Positions 27,440 through 36,902 of a stretch of DNA of 64,000 nucleotides are shown here, piece after piece; position 1 is the stretch's first letter, and the number at the start of each line of letters is the position of its first letter. This stretch comes from Bacteroidales bacterium (lineage in GTDB: Bacteria > Bacteroidota > Bacteroidia > Bacteroidales > FEN-979): NCBI GenBank assembly GCA_028706295.1, contig JAQWBQ010000015.1, forward strand, positions 386 to 64,385. Reading direction: 5' to 3'. A program made the position numbers and the translations under genes. The notes beneath the pieces were generated by a model, which worked only from the letters and a program-made list of their open reading frames with translations, was not told the DNA's origin and did no database searches.

Positions 27440-30259
27440 ATGAGTAATATGAAAAAAAGATTTTTACACTTTGGCCTGCTTGCAGTATGCTTCGGACTTA
27501 ACCTGATTTTTCTGTCTGCACTGTCAATGGCCGGGCAGCCTGGGGACCTGAATTCAAAAAGACCCGACGGTACCCGATGGGCGACTATCCGCGCCAATCA
27601 AAATTCAGGTATTGTCAACCCTGCCGACCTTTACAGCGCCCGTCAGGAGGCTGCATCTCTCAGAACCAAATCCACTGCCGATGCAATGAACCTGAACTGG
27701 TTCAATGCAGGTCCCGATAACTATTCCGGGATAATCTGGAGTGCGATTTTTGACAAAACGGATCCTACGGGCCTTACAATTCTGGCTGGTTCCGAATCCG
27801 GCGGGATCTGGAAATCCACCAATCTGGGGTTGACCTGGAATCCAATGCCGGTTGAAGGTAACGAAGTGTTAAAAGTATCGTCTCTTATTCAGGCTTCCAA
27901 TGGAACGGTTTATGCCGCCACCGGGATCACATCCTGTAAAACAATCACATTGACCGGAACAGGTATCTATAAATCAGAAAACAACAATTCCTTCACCGTC
28001 ATCCCTTCTACGCATAACAATCCAAATTTTGCAGGCATTACCAAACTGGCCCTTGATGCAAATTCAGGTAGACTTTTCGCCGCCACCAGCGAAGGTTTGT
28101 TTTACACCGATAATGTAAATGACTGGACAAAGGTAAAAACAGGGTATGTGATGGATGTTTGTGTCGGCCCTGATGGCTCCGTTATCACCGCAATTGATGA
28201 TTCAGCTTACCTCGCCATCGGAGGGAATATAAGTTCATGGGTTAATCTCACAACCGGGGAACCTACTACCTTACCAAAGGGAGGAATCGGCTGGATGACT
28301 TTTGCAATTGCACCCTCCGATGCCAACGTTATGTATGCCAGTCTTGCAAAACCCGATGGAAAGCTTTTAAGCATTTACACATCGGTTGACAAAGGAACCA
28401 CCTGGTCGGTCATTTTTCCCAATAACCCGACATTTGAACCCTTTAATGGTGAAGGATGTTACGCCAATACCATGGCAGTATTCCCAGATGATCCCTATAA
28501 GGTTTTACTCGGAGGCATCAACATGTGGTACGGGGAACGGGTGCAACCAACAGGTTATTATAACTGGGAGATAGCCAGTTCAGGTTATTACTCTCCCTGG
28601 TTTCCAAACAGCGCCCCTGCAAATCACCACTCCTACATGTTCCGGCCTAATAATAAAAATAACCTGGTTCTGGCAACTGATGGCGGAGTTTCGGTTGGAA
28701 CCATTACCGTGGATGGATTTCAATTCCAAACCAGTAACAAGAACCTTGGTTCCGGTCAGTTCAACGCAATCGCAGTGTCGACCAAGCAGAGTTTCGTGAT
28801 GGGCGGCGGGCAGAACATTGGTTCACTGGCTATGGGTTATTTTTATCCTACTTACACCAATGGTCCTTCTGATGGATTCCCTGTGTGGACTGATGGTCTG
28901 ATCTCGAGTTCCTACGGAGGTCCCTGTGTATGGTCAAATATTGATTATAATATTGGCGTTTTCACCATTCAGGGTGCGGCTACTCCAATGCTGCGCCGCG
29001 ATTACAGAGACCTTACCTATGATAACAATATCATGAATGGCGTAATTGCCGTGGACGCAAACCATATACCCATGCAGCTCTGGGAAAGTTTCACATTTAC
29101 CCAATCCACGGACAGTGTTAAACTTTATGCCAGAAGCAAAACTATACCCGCTGATACACTGGTTCAGGTTGAAAGCAGCAACGGGGTTAAGTTTCCCTAT
29201 TATACTACTGCCCCCATTAACAAAGGCGATAGCCTGATGGTTCAGGATCCTGTTGCCTGCAGGTTTTTCTATTATGGAAATAAGGTGGCCACAAGTTATG
29301 GCAGAGGCATCTATATGACCAAAGATATGCTCAAATTCTATAAGGATCCGGAGTATTTCTATGTTCTCAGTGATACTGCCTCAAAAGTTGACCTGATCAA
29401 TACCATTGCGGTCTCAGCCGACCTGAATACATTGTGGGCAGGGACCATAAAGGGCCGGGTTATCCGCCTTACCGGCCTTATCAATGCCACTGATTCGGTT
29501 ACGGCCAATGAATTCAGTCCGCAATGTGTGCTGGTAAAAAATGTTTTCGCCAACACACCCATGGCAGGTCGTACGGTAACCTCCATCTCCATCAATCCTA
29601 AAAATTCAAACGAAGTGTTGTTTACACTCGGAAATTATGGTAATCAGGATTATGTTTATTTCACTTCCAATGGTAGCGCTGCGGAACCTGCCTTTACTTC
29701 AGTTCAATCGAACCTTCCCAAGGCTCCGGTTTACAGCGGACTTATCGAAATGCATGGAAACAACGCAATCGTTGGTACCGATGTGGGTCTTTACAGCACT
29801 ACGGGGCTTACATCCGGAGCGCCGCAATGGGGAACTGAAATGGAGAATATAGGTGATGTGGCAATAACAGAGATCAAACAACAAGCAATGCGGGATTATC
29901 ATATCATTAACTATGGGGCTATCTATTTGGCTTCTTACGGTCGTGGAATCTGGATGGATACAACGTTCCTGACTCCGGTTGGCATCGATTCACCGGTTGC
30001 CGAATCTTTGCCATTATCCGGAAAGATTTCGGTAACTCCAAATCCGGTCAAAGATCAAATGAATATATCCTGTGTCACTACGGAGCCTTCCATGACAACC
30101 GTGATGGTTATTGACCTGATGGGACGAACGGTCATGCAGCAGAATTTCGGGATTCAACCAAAGGGAACATTCACCGGTACACTGAATGTTTCAAATCTGC
30201 CATCGGGTACCTACTTTGTTAAAATTGGTTCGGCATCCGGTAAATTCATAAAACTTTAA
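27440..30259 (+). CDS. Secreted beta-propeller (BNR/sortilin-like) protein with T9SS C-terminal sorting domain
   Basis: Signal peptide begins at MSNMKKRFLHFGLLAVCFGL. Asp-box-like GGIWKSTNLGLTW and SVDKGTTWS. C-terminal VTPNPVKDQMNIS ... LPSGTYFVKIGS ... KFIKL is a type A T9SS CTD. Confidence 0.75.
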   Translation: MSNMKKRFLHFGLLAVCFGLNLIFLSALSMAGQPGDLNSKRPDGTRWATIRANQNSGIVNPADLYSARQEAASLRTKSTADAMNLNWFNAGPDNYSGIIWSAIFDKTDPTGLTILAGSESGGIWKSTNLGLTWNPMPVEGNEVLKVSSLIQASNGTVYAATGITSCKTITLTGTGIYKSENNNSFTVIPSTHNNPNFAGITKLALDANSGRLFAATSEGLFYTDNVNDWTKVKTGYVMDVCVGPDGSVITAIDDSAYLAIGGNISSWVNLTTGEPTTLPKGGIGWMTFAIAPSDANVMYASLAKPDGKLLSIYTSVDKGTTWSVIFPNNPTFEPFNGEGCYANTMAVFPDDPYKVLLGGINMWYGERVQPTGYYNWEIASSGYYSPWFPNSAPANHHSYMFRPNNKNNLVLATDGGVSVGTITVDGFQFQTSNKNLGSGQFNAIAVSTKQSFVMGGGQNIGSLAMGYFYPTYTNGPSDGFPVWTDGLISSSYGGPCVWSNIDYNIGVFTIQGAATPMLRRDYRDLTYDNNIMNGVIAVDANHIPMQLWESFTFTQSTDSVKLYARSKTIPADTLVQVESSNGVKFPYYTTAPINKGDSLMVQDPVACRFFYYGNKVATSYGRGIYMTKDMLKFYKDPEYFYVLSDTASKVDLINTIAVSADLNTLWAGTIKGRVIRLTGLINATDSVTANEFSPQCVLVKNVFANTPMAGRTVTSISINPKNSNEVLFTLGNYGNQDYVYFTSNGSAAEPAFTSVQSNLPKAPVYSGLIEMHGNNAIVGTDVGLYSTTGLTSGAPQWGTEMENIGDVAITEIKQQAMRDYHIINYGAIYLASYGRGIWMDTTFLTPVGIDSPVAESLPLSGKISVTPNPVKDQMNISCVTTEPSMTTVMVIDLMGRTVMQQNFGIQPKGTFTGTLNVSNLPSGTYFVKIGSASGKFIKL

Positions 30260-30275
30260 GGAACCATTCCTAAAT

Positions 30276-30320
30276 AAAAAGGAGGATGTCTCAGATTACC
30301 GGGACATCCTCCTTTTTTTG
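30276..30320. terminator. Bidirectional rho-independent terminator between convergent genes
   Basis: Perfect 11-bp stem AGGAGGATGTC (30280-30290) / GACATCCTCCT (30303-30313), flanked by an A-run upstream and T7 downstream, so it reads as hairpin plus U-tract on both strands. Confidence 0.8.
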
Positions 30321-30334
30321 GTACAGGTTTCACA

Positions 30335-30964
30335 TTAGCTCAGTGATTGCTTGAAATCCTGAAGCAACTTAATATCCGCTTCTTTGATATACCCAATTTC
30401 AGCAGCCCGTTGAATCAAGTGCTCATAATCGGTAAGCGTAATCAGATCACAGTCGGCTTCTTTAAATGATTTTTCAGCCTTTGGAAGGTTGTAAGTAAAG
30501 ATGGCTACCATTCCTTTTACATTGCACCCTATGCCCCGTAACGCTTCAACTGTTCCCAGACTCGAGCTTCCCGTAGATATGAGGTCTTCGACCACCACGA
30601 CACGCTGTCCGTTGCGAAGTTCCCCTTCGATCTGATTGGTCAGACCATGATCTTTCTTTCCTGATCTTACATAAGCAAAAGGAAGCCCCAATTCCTGTGC
30701 AATGAGCGCTCCCTGTGCAATGCCCCCGGTTGCTACACCGGCTATTGCTTCGGGCTCAAAACTGCTTTCCTGAATCGATTTAACGAAATTCTGCCTGATA
30801 AAAGTACGGATCTCTGGGTAGGAGAGGGTGATCCGATTATCACAATAGATGGGTGATTTGATTCCTGATGCCCAGGTGAAAAGATCATTCGGACTTAATT
30901 TAACAGCCTTGATCTTCAGCAAAAGTTCTGCAGTTCTGAAAGCAATATCTTTGTTATAGATCAT
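30335..30964 (-). CDS. pyrE: Orotate phosphoribosyltransferase
   Basis: 209 aa. PRPP-binding loop VVVVEDLISTGSS and an N-terminal FTWASGIKSPIYCDNR motif. Confidence 0.9.
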   Translation of the reverse strand: MIYNKDIAFRTAELLLKIKAVKLSPNDLFTWASGIKSPIYCDNRITLSYPEIRTFIRQNFVKSIQESSFEPEAIAGVATGGIAQGALIAQELGLPFAYVRSGKKDHGLTNQIEGELRNGQRVVVVEDLISTGSSSLGTVEALRGIGCNVKGMVAIFTYNLPKAEKSFKEADCDLITLTDYEHLIQRAAEIGYIKEADIKLLQDFKQSLS

Positions 30965-30990
30965 TATGGTATAGTTATCAAATTTGGCTA

Positions 30991-30998
30991 CAAAGGTA
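30991..30998 (-). promoter_or_regulatory. Putative -7 promoter box TACCTTTG for pyrE
   Basis: Plus-strand caaaggta is TACCTTTG on the minus strand, 27 nt upstream of the pyrE ATG (30964). Confidence 0.5.
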
Positions 30999-31149
30999 CA
31001 CTTTTTCCAATCATCATGGGATCTTTATCCATGAACCTCTTTATAGGATATTTATCGTTCTACCGGCTCGCAGCGGTGAGGCTGTATCGAACACAAGATC
31101 TGATCTGAAACCCGGAAAGACGTAACTTTACCGACCAAATTTCACATCA

Positions 31150-31872
31150 ATGAAAATTTTCTTCCGGAACCGGTCGGTACGGTTTATCGCCAACCCGCCT
31201 GAACATCCTTCAAACGACACTATGATTGTTCCATTTCAATCTGAAGAACAATTGAAGGAGGATTGGATTCGTTTCAGGGACCATGAAGTGTTTAATAACT
31301 TTTTTATATTGGATCAGTGTTCTGAAAACGACCCGATTCATGAAACTGCCACCGATCTGTTTTCCCGCATGGTTTTGCAAGGGGTTGACCCGGATTCTCG
31401 AGGGCTCAATGCTTTTCTGAACCTCTTCACCCTGGTGCCTGCCGCAGGCGGATTGGTTAAAAATGAGAGTGGCGAAATCCTTTTTATTCATCGATTAGGC
31501 CGGTGGGATCTGCCCAAGGGAAAAATCGACAAGAAGGAGCTTACATCCCTGAACCCCGGAGTTGATCTGCTTATGGCAGCCAACATGGCGGCAATCCGGG
31601 AAGTACGCGAAGAGACAGGACTGAAAAAAGTTTCAGCAATCAGGGAAATTTCATCTACATGGCATATTTATCGCGAAAAGAATAAAGAGATCCTGAAAAG
31701 AACCTTCTGGTTTGAAATGTTGGCGTCAACGCGCGAGACACTTAAACCACAGGTAAGCGAAGGAATTTTTTTGGTCAAATGGGTACCTGTGGATTCAATG
31801 TCGTGTATACTGACGAACACCTATGCATCCATCAGTGATTTACTCAGCCATACGATCGGGGAACAGTCGTAA
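31150..31872 (+). CDS. Nudix hydrolase with about 110-aa N-terminal extension
   Basis: Nudix helix REVREETGL preceded by GKIDKKE. The spacing between the first Glu and RE is longer than canonical (see findings). Confidence 0.75.
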   Translation: MKIFFRNRSVRFIANPPEHPSNDTMIVPFQSEEQLKEDWIRFRDHEVFNNFFILDQCSENDPIHETATDLFSRMVLQGVDPDSRGLNAFLNLFTLVPAAGGLVKNESGEILFIHRLGRWDLPKGKIDKKELTSLNPGVDLLMAANMAAIREVREETGLKKVSAIREISSTWHIYREKNKEILKRTFWFEMLASTRETLKPQVSEGIFLVKWVPVDSMSCILTNTYASISDLLSHTIGEQS

Positions 31873-31951
31873 AAACCCATTCAGATGACAACCCTGATTT
31901 GAGAAACTGTTATATTCCCGGTTGTCGAAAAAACGCCTCTAAAGAAGATCC

Positions 31952-32638
31952 CTACAACTCATCAGCCTGAAACCGGAATCCCAGACGTTTACCGGTACTA
32001 ATTTTCATAGCATCGAGGGCAGTCTGCATCTCCGAAACGGTCACCTCTTTAATATTGTCGTAAGGAGGAGTCAACAGATCAAAATGGAGCGTATATTGGA
32101 CTGCAGAGTAAAGAATTGATGTCAGGGCCTTTTTATCCAGGACATTCAGGGTGAAGTTGTTGAATAATAATCCAAGTTCTTTTTTCCCCTCTATGAAATA
32201 GTGCTTTTCAAAATTCACAAAGATCCGTCCGATACAATAACCCATATCATTGGTGCGGTTGAATTTAAAGGAGTCGGAAAGAAAATTGAAAATATGTATA
32301 ATACCACAATATGATCGGGCTTTATTGTCCTGAATATAACTGCTCTTCATCACCAGGTAATCACGCGGGATCTCAAACACATTGGAATGCATAAAAAAAA
32401 TCAGAATATCTGACCCGAATTTAAGCTGAAATTCAAATGTTCCGCGGTCACTATATTCGAACAACAGGGGGTGTGAGGCTTTTTTGAAAGTCTTTTTATG
32501 GGCATTCACGAACTGCTCTGTGATCGTTTTAAACTGGGTGAAAACTTCCTGAGTTTTCTGATACACTTCCTGTTTCATACTTGCCTTGTCGATGATCGAT
32601 TGCACAAGGGTCTTCGCGTCGCTGGAATGGTTGGGCAT
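31952..32638 (-). CDS. Hypothetical protein, no family recognised
   Basis: 228-aa ORF with protein-like composition, no TM or signal, isolated transcription unit. Confidence 0.5.
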   Translation of the reverse strand: MPNHSSDAKTLVQSIIDKASMKQEVYQKTQEVFTQFKTITEQFVNAHKKTFKKASHPLLFEYSDRGTFEFQLKFGSDILIFFMHSNVFEIPRDYLVMKSSYIQDNKARSYCGIIHIFNFLSDSFKFNRTNDMGYCIGRIFVNFEKHYFIEGKKELGLLFNNFTLNVLDKKALTSILYSAVQYTLHFDLLTPPYDNIKEVTVSEMQTALDAMKISTGKRLGFRFQADEL

Positions 32639-32856
32639 GGTTTATATTCTTTAAATCTTAAGATGGTTTCTTACGGTAACAATATCTTGTCATCCGGAAA
32701 GTAAAACCGTATCCGACCAGATATATCAATCACGAAGGTACGAAAATTTCCGACTTTCCTGAAGACGCTTACCCCTTCTCATTGTGTCCGGGCAACTTTG
32801 GAAATGTGCGAAAAAATCTGCATATTTGTAAAATAATCAATAATTTAAACTTTATC

Positions 32857-33267
32857 ATGAAAAAAATTATTTTAAACCGACTGGATTATCTAAGAATCAA
32901 AAAACGTATTGAGGATGCACAAAAATTAAGATCGATTGCCGGAAGCGAGGCTGAAAGTTTATTGAATGAACTGGAATCAGCGTCAATCATGGAACCAGGT
33001 GATATTCCTCCCGATGTGGTTACCATGAATTCCGTAGTCAGGATCAGCTTTTCAGGTACAGAGAAGCGGGTACAGTTTCAGGTTGTTTACCCGGATCAGG
33101 CAAATTTTAAAGAAAACAAAATTTCCATCTTTTCGCCTATTGCAACGGCATTGATCGGGTACCGGATCGGGGATGAAATTGAGTGGGTTGTGCCCGGTGG
33201 TTTGACAAAGATCAAAATCGAAGATATTATCTATCAACCTGAAGCTGCGGGGGATTTTCATTTATAG
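32857..33267 (+). CDS. GreA/GreB-family protein (Rnk-like, short N-terminal domain)
   Basis: 136 aa from ATG 32857 (MKKIILNRLDYLRIKKRIEDA). The C-terminal FKBP-like GreA domain motif is IFSPIATALIGYRIGDEIEW. Confidence 0.7.
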   Translation: MKKIILNRLDYLRIKKRIEDAQKLRSIAGSEAESLLNELESASIMEPGDIPPDVVTMNSVVRISFSGTEKRVQFQVVYPDQANFKENKISIFSPIATALIGYRIGDEIEWVVPGGLTKIKIEDIIYQPEAAGDFHL

Positions 33268-33303
33268 CATTGAAGGAAGCTCCGGGATTTCATCCTGTCA
33301 CAC

Positions 33304-33340
33304 AAAAAGGGAGGCTCAAAAGCAGAGTCACCCTTTTTTT
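33304..33340 (+). terminator. Rho-independent terminator after the GreA-like gene
   Basis: Stem GGGAGGCTC (33309-17) / GAGTCACCC (33325-33) with one mismatch and one G.U pair. 7-nt loop, T7 tail at 33334-33340, A5 upstream. Confidence 0.7.
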
Positions 33341-33427
33341 ATATTCAAATATCTGATTGTTAATTAGATGACCAACAAGCAATTTTAATTAACATCTGAT
33401 AAAAGTAAGATGAAAAGAACATGCAGA

Positions 33428-33631
33428 TTAAATCTGAAAAAGGGATCTAAACTCAAGATCAGGGAATATGTGCAAAATCAGGTTCCTCTCATCCCTCATT
33501 CTCTGTATTAGTTGATTTCTTCCAATCTTCCTGTGCGCATTGTTAACCAAGTCATAGAATGGATCAACCCCTGACTTCTTATTTAGCTCTATGCAATCCA
33601 ACCCATTCTCTTCGCTTATTTCCAAAATCAT
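33428..33631 (-). CDS. Doubtful 67-aa ORF, possibly a gene remnant
   Basis: Only an ORF in an AT-rich 700-nt gap. Short out-of-frame ORFs (MKRGYLNRKRHDFGNKRREWVGLHRAK, MKAQKDTITNW) lie immediately upstream on the same strand, suggesting decay. No family recognised. Confidence 0.2.
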   Translation of the reverse strand: MILEISEENGLDCIELNKKSGVDPFYDLVNNAHRKIGRNQLIQRMRDERNLILHIFPDLEFRSLFQI

Positions 33632-33965
33632 GACGTTTGCGATTTAAATAGCCCCGTTTCATAGGTTGTAAGAGAATTACCAATTTGTGATAGTATCTTT
33701 CTGCGCTTTCATGGTGTTTCTGTGATGGTTGTCGATTAAAGGTGTTGTTTTATTTTGAATGGATATAAATTAGGGTGATTTGTTATAAAGGTGAGAAGTT
33801 TATTAATTTTTTACTTTTACATTTAATAGCCTGATAATTTGAGGCTATTTATTATGATAATAACCTGACTCATTTACATCGCGTAAATTGAAATTCAGGC
33901 ATATAAAGAGTTTTTACTGTCAATCTGTTCATTGTTATATTGAAAATCATCAAAACCGGCGAAAT

Positions 33966-36338
33966 ATGAAAAAACAGGCATTTTCTTTGATTTTAGTGGC
34001 TTTTATGCTGCTTTTCGGCGAAAATTTAGTTGCTCAAGTCGGTATCAATAATGATGGCAGCCAGCCTGATCCATCAGCAGGCTTAGATGTTAAATTTACA
34101 AATAAAGGTTTTCTGCCTCCCAGGATGACTCACAGTCAGCTGAATGCCATTTCAAATCCCGCAGATGGTTTGATGGTATATTGTACTGATTGTTATAATG
34201 AAGCAACAGGGGCCTTAGCCATTTTTATTAATGGTGCGTGGCATATTTTCAATCCATCCTGCCTGGCACCGGCTATTCCAGTTGAAGGTAATCACGTGGC
34301 GTCATCTAACCAGATCATCTGGAATTGGTATGCTGTCGCTGGTGCTATCGGATATAGGTGGAATATAACAAATAACTATGCTACGGCAACAGATTTGGGA
34401 ACCTTAACCACCAGGACCGAAACAGGACTAACCTGTAATAATGCCTATACAAGATATGTATGGGCATATAATGCTTGTGGAAATTCGCCCCCAGCATCTA
34501 TTTCACAAAGTACTTTAATTTGCAACAGTACACCAAGTGTCAGTACTTTACCAGCAGCAAACATTACGCAAACATCAGCCACATCCGGAGGTAATGTGAC
34601 CTCGGATGGAGGTGCAACGGTAACTGCGAGGGGTGTTTGTTGGAGCACTATACAAAATCCGACAATTTCGGATAACCATACCTCGGATGGAAGTGGCACA
34701 GGCACATTTATCAGTACACTTAATGGGCTAACGCCGAATACTCCTTATTACATTCGTGCTTATGCTACCAATAGTGTTGGGACCGCATACGGGAGCCAGG
34801 TTTCCTTTACGACATCTGCTGGATTTGTTTGCGGGGCATCCATCACGATTTACCATGTTGCCGGTAATGTGGCACCGGTTACCAAGACAGTCACCTATGG
34901 TACCGTTACCAATGTTCCGGGTGAGACTTCAAAATGCTGGATTACAAGAAATCTTGGGGCCAGTCAGCAGGCAACTGCCGTAAATGATGCCACCGAAGCT
35001 TCAGCCGGATGGTATGCTCAATTTAACCGTAAACAGTGTTATAAGCATGATGGATCGACATTGGTACCATCCTGGACGATTTCAAGTATTAATGAAAATT
35101 CCGATTGGCAGTTGGTCAATGATCCCTGTAATGTTGAGTTTGGAACAACCTGGCGGGTACCGACCAATACCGAATGGTACAACGTAGATAATGACGGTGG
35201 ATGGGGGAACTGGAATGATCCATGGAACTCGGTCTTGGTTTTACATGCAGCCGGTGACCTTAACAGCAGTGGTTCTTTGAACGGGAGGGGAACTTATGGA
35301 AGCTATTGGGGGAGTACCCAGAGTAATGCAACGGACGGTCAAAACCTGCATTTCTTCAGTGGGAATAGTTATACAGGTACTACCAACAAGGCGAACGGCA
35401 TGCCCATACGCTGCATCAAAGACTCAGGAACCTCGGGTAATCTACCCACAGTGAACACGACTGAACCGACCCGTATTACGCAAACATCAGCCACATCCGG
35501 AGGTAATGTAACCTCGGATGGAGGTGCGACGGTAACTGCGAGGGGTGTTTGTTGGAGCACTATACAAAATCCGACAATTTCGGATAACCATACCTCGGAT
35601 GGAAGTGGCACAGGCACATTTATCAGTACACTTAATGGGCTAACGCCGAATACTCCTTATTACATTCGTGCTTATGCTACCAATAGTGTTGGGACCGCAT
35701 ACGGGAGCCAGGTTTCCTTTACGACATCTGCTGGATTTGTTTGCGGGGCATCCATCACGATTTACCATGTTGCCGGTAATGTGGCACCGGTTACCAAGAC
35801 AGTCACCTATGGTACCGTTACCAATGTTCCGGGTGAGACTTCAAAATGCTGGATTACAAGAAATCTTGGGGCCAGTCAGCAGGCAACTGCCGTAAATGAT
35901 GCCACCGAAGCTTCAGCCGGATGGTATGCTCAATTTAACCGTAAACAGTGTTATAAGCATGATGGATCGACATTGGTACCATCCTGGACGATTTCAAGTA
36001 TTAATGAAAATTCCGATTGGCAGTTGGTAAATGATCCCTGTAATGTTGAGTTTGGAACAACCTGGCGGGTACCGACCAATACCGAATGGTACAACGTAGA
36101 TAATGCCGGTGGATGGGGGAACTGGAATGATCCATGGAACTCGGTCTTGGTTTTACATGCAGCCGGTGACCTTAACAGCAGTGGTTCGTTGAGCGGGAGG
36201 GGAACTTATGGAAGCTATTGGGGAAGTACCCAGAGTAATGCGACGGATGGTCAAAACCTGCATTTCTTCAGTGGTAATAGTTATACAGGTACTACCAACA
36301 AGGCGAACGGCATGCCCATACGGTGTATTAAGGATTAG
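33966..36338 (+). CDS. Secreted protein with Fn3-like domains and two FISUMP domains (internally duplicated)
   Basis: Start preferred at ATG 33966 (MKKQAFSLILVAFMLLFGENLVAQ signal). Each duplicated module is an Fn3-like segment (ITQTSATSGGNVTSDGGATVTARGVCWS ... YYIRAYATNSVGTAYGSQVSFTT) plus a FISUMP-type domain (KCWITRNLGA ... WRVPTNTEW ... MPIRCIKD). Confidence 0.85.
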   Translation: MKKQAFSLILVAFMLLFGENLVAQVGINNDGSQPDPSAGLDVKFTNKGFLPPRMTHSQLNAISNPADGLMVYCTDCYNEATGALAIFINGAWHIFNPSCLAPAIPVEGNHVASSNQIIWNWYAVAGAIGYRWNITNNYATATDLGTLTTRTETGLTCNNAYTRYVWAYNACGNSPPASISQSTLICNSTPSVSTLPAANITQTSATSGGNVTSDGGATVTARGVCWSTIQNPTISDNHTSDGSGTGTFISTLNGLTPNTPYYIRAYATNSVGTAYGSQVSFTTSAGFVCGASITIYHVAGNVAPVTKTVTYGTVTNVPGETSKCWITRNLGASQQATAVNDATEASAGWYAQFNRKQCYKHDGSTLVPSWTISSINENSDWQLVNDPCNVEFGTTWRVPTNTEWYNVDNDGGWGNWNDPWNSVLVLHAAGDLNSSGSLNGRGTYGSYWGSTQSNATDGQNLHFFSGNSYTGTTNKANGMPIRCIKDSGTSGNLPTVNTTEPTRITQTSATSGGNVTSDGGATVTARGVCWSTIQNPTISDNHTSDGSGTGTFISTLNGLTPNTPYYIRAYATNSVGTAYGSQVSFTTSAGFVCGASITIYHVAGNVAPVTKTVTYGTVTNVPGETSKCWITRNLGASQQATAVNDATEASAGWYAQFNRKQCYKHDGSTLVPSWTISSINENSDWQLVNDPCNVEFGTTWRVPTNTEWYNVDNAGGWGNWNDPWNSVLVLHAAGDLNSSGSLSGRGTYGSYWGSTQSNATDGQNLHFFSGNSYTGTTNKANGMPIRCIKD
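34563..36337 (+). repeat. Near-identical in-frame tandem duplication, offset 912 nt (304 codons)
   Basis: 34563-35410 aligns to 35475-36322 with 10 mismatches found by eye. 34617-35116 is identical to 35529-36028. Confidence 0.95.
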
Positions 36339-36405
36339 GTGCACCCAGACGCACTTTAAACATCCGGAAATTCATTGATTTTGCATACATTAGTAACATG
36401 TAAAA

Positions 36406-36834
36406 ATGAACCCGCAAAACAACAAAGACGCTGATCAACAAGTTGTTGCTCTAGTAATAGAACCTGCAATCCAGATCAATCAAAGGCTGAAAGATGAAGT
36501 ATTAGAGCAGGTTGAACAACAGGGAATGGTGGTGGTCCAATGTTCCTGCGTCACGGAAATTGAGATGCGTATCCGGATATGGGAAACCACTGTTCTTATT
36601 GACCACAGCTCAGGAAACCGAAGCAAATTGCTCCATGCCTTCGGTATTACCGTTGCACCGGTATGGATGTTTCTGGAAGCCGGAACAACGGCCAGGTTTA
36701 CATTGGTGTTCGAAAAGCTGCCAAAGACCTGCGAATCGTTCGACCTTTATGAGGATATTCCGGAGGACAACGGTTTCCATATTAAGAACATCAGGCGGAA
36801 TAAAAGCGATGTTTACAACATCAGGATCACATGA
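36406..36834 (+). CDS. Hypothetical 142-aa protein, no family recognised
   Basis: ORF directly downstream of the duplicated FISUMP gene, followed by a hairpin. The C-terminal half looks beta-rich (RIRIWETTVLIDHSSGNRSKLLHAFGITVAPVWMFLEAGTTARFTLVFEKL). Confidence 0.45.
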   Translation: MNPQNNKDADQQVVALVIEPAIQINQRLKDEVLEQVEQQGMVVVQCSCVTEIEMRIRIWETTVLIDHSSGNRSKLLHAFGITVAPVWMFLEAGTTARFTLVFEKLPKTCESFDLYEDIPEDNGFHIKNIRRNKSDVYNIRIT

Positions 36835-36902
36835 GGGGGGCAATTGAAGGACAATCTGGAAGTGATGACAGGATAAGTAGCTAACTGGTTTTACTTGAAA
36901 AC

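Noticed and set aside
33825-33849. 8-bp hairpin AATAGCCT-(9 nt)-AGGCTATT upstream of the duplicated FISUMP gene
   Set aside because: There is no U-tract and no second copy, so I have no basis for assigning it a function.
34563-36337. Possibility that the two near-identical FISUMP copies are a diversity-generating retroelement template/variable repeat pair (FISUMP/DUF1566-like lectin folds are known DGR targets)
   Set aside because: Eight of the 10 mismatches are synonymous third-position changes involving all four bases, not adenine-specific substitutions at AAY codons. The repeat is about 850 nt rather than about 100-150 nt. No reverse transcriptase is present in the window.
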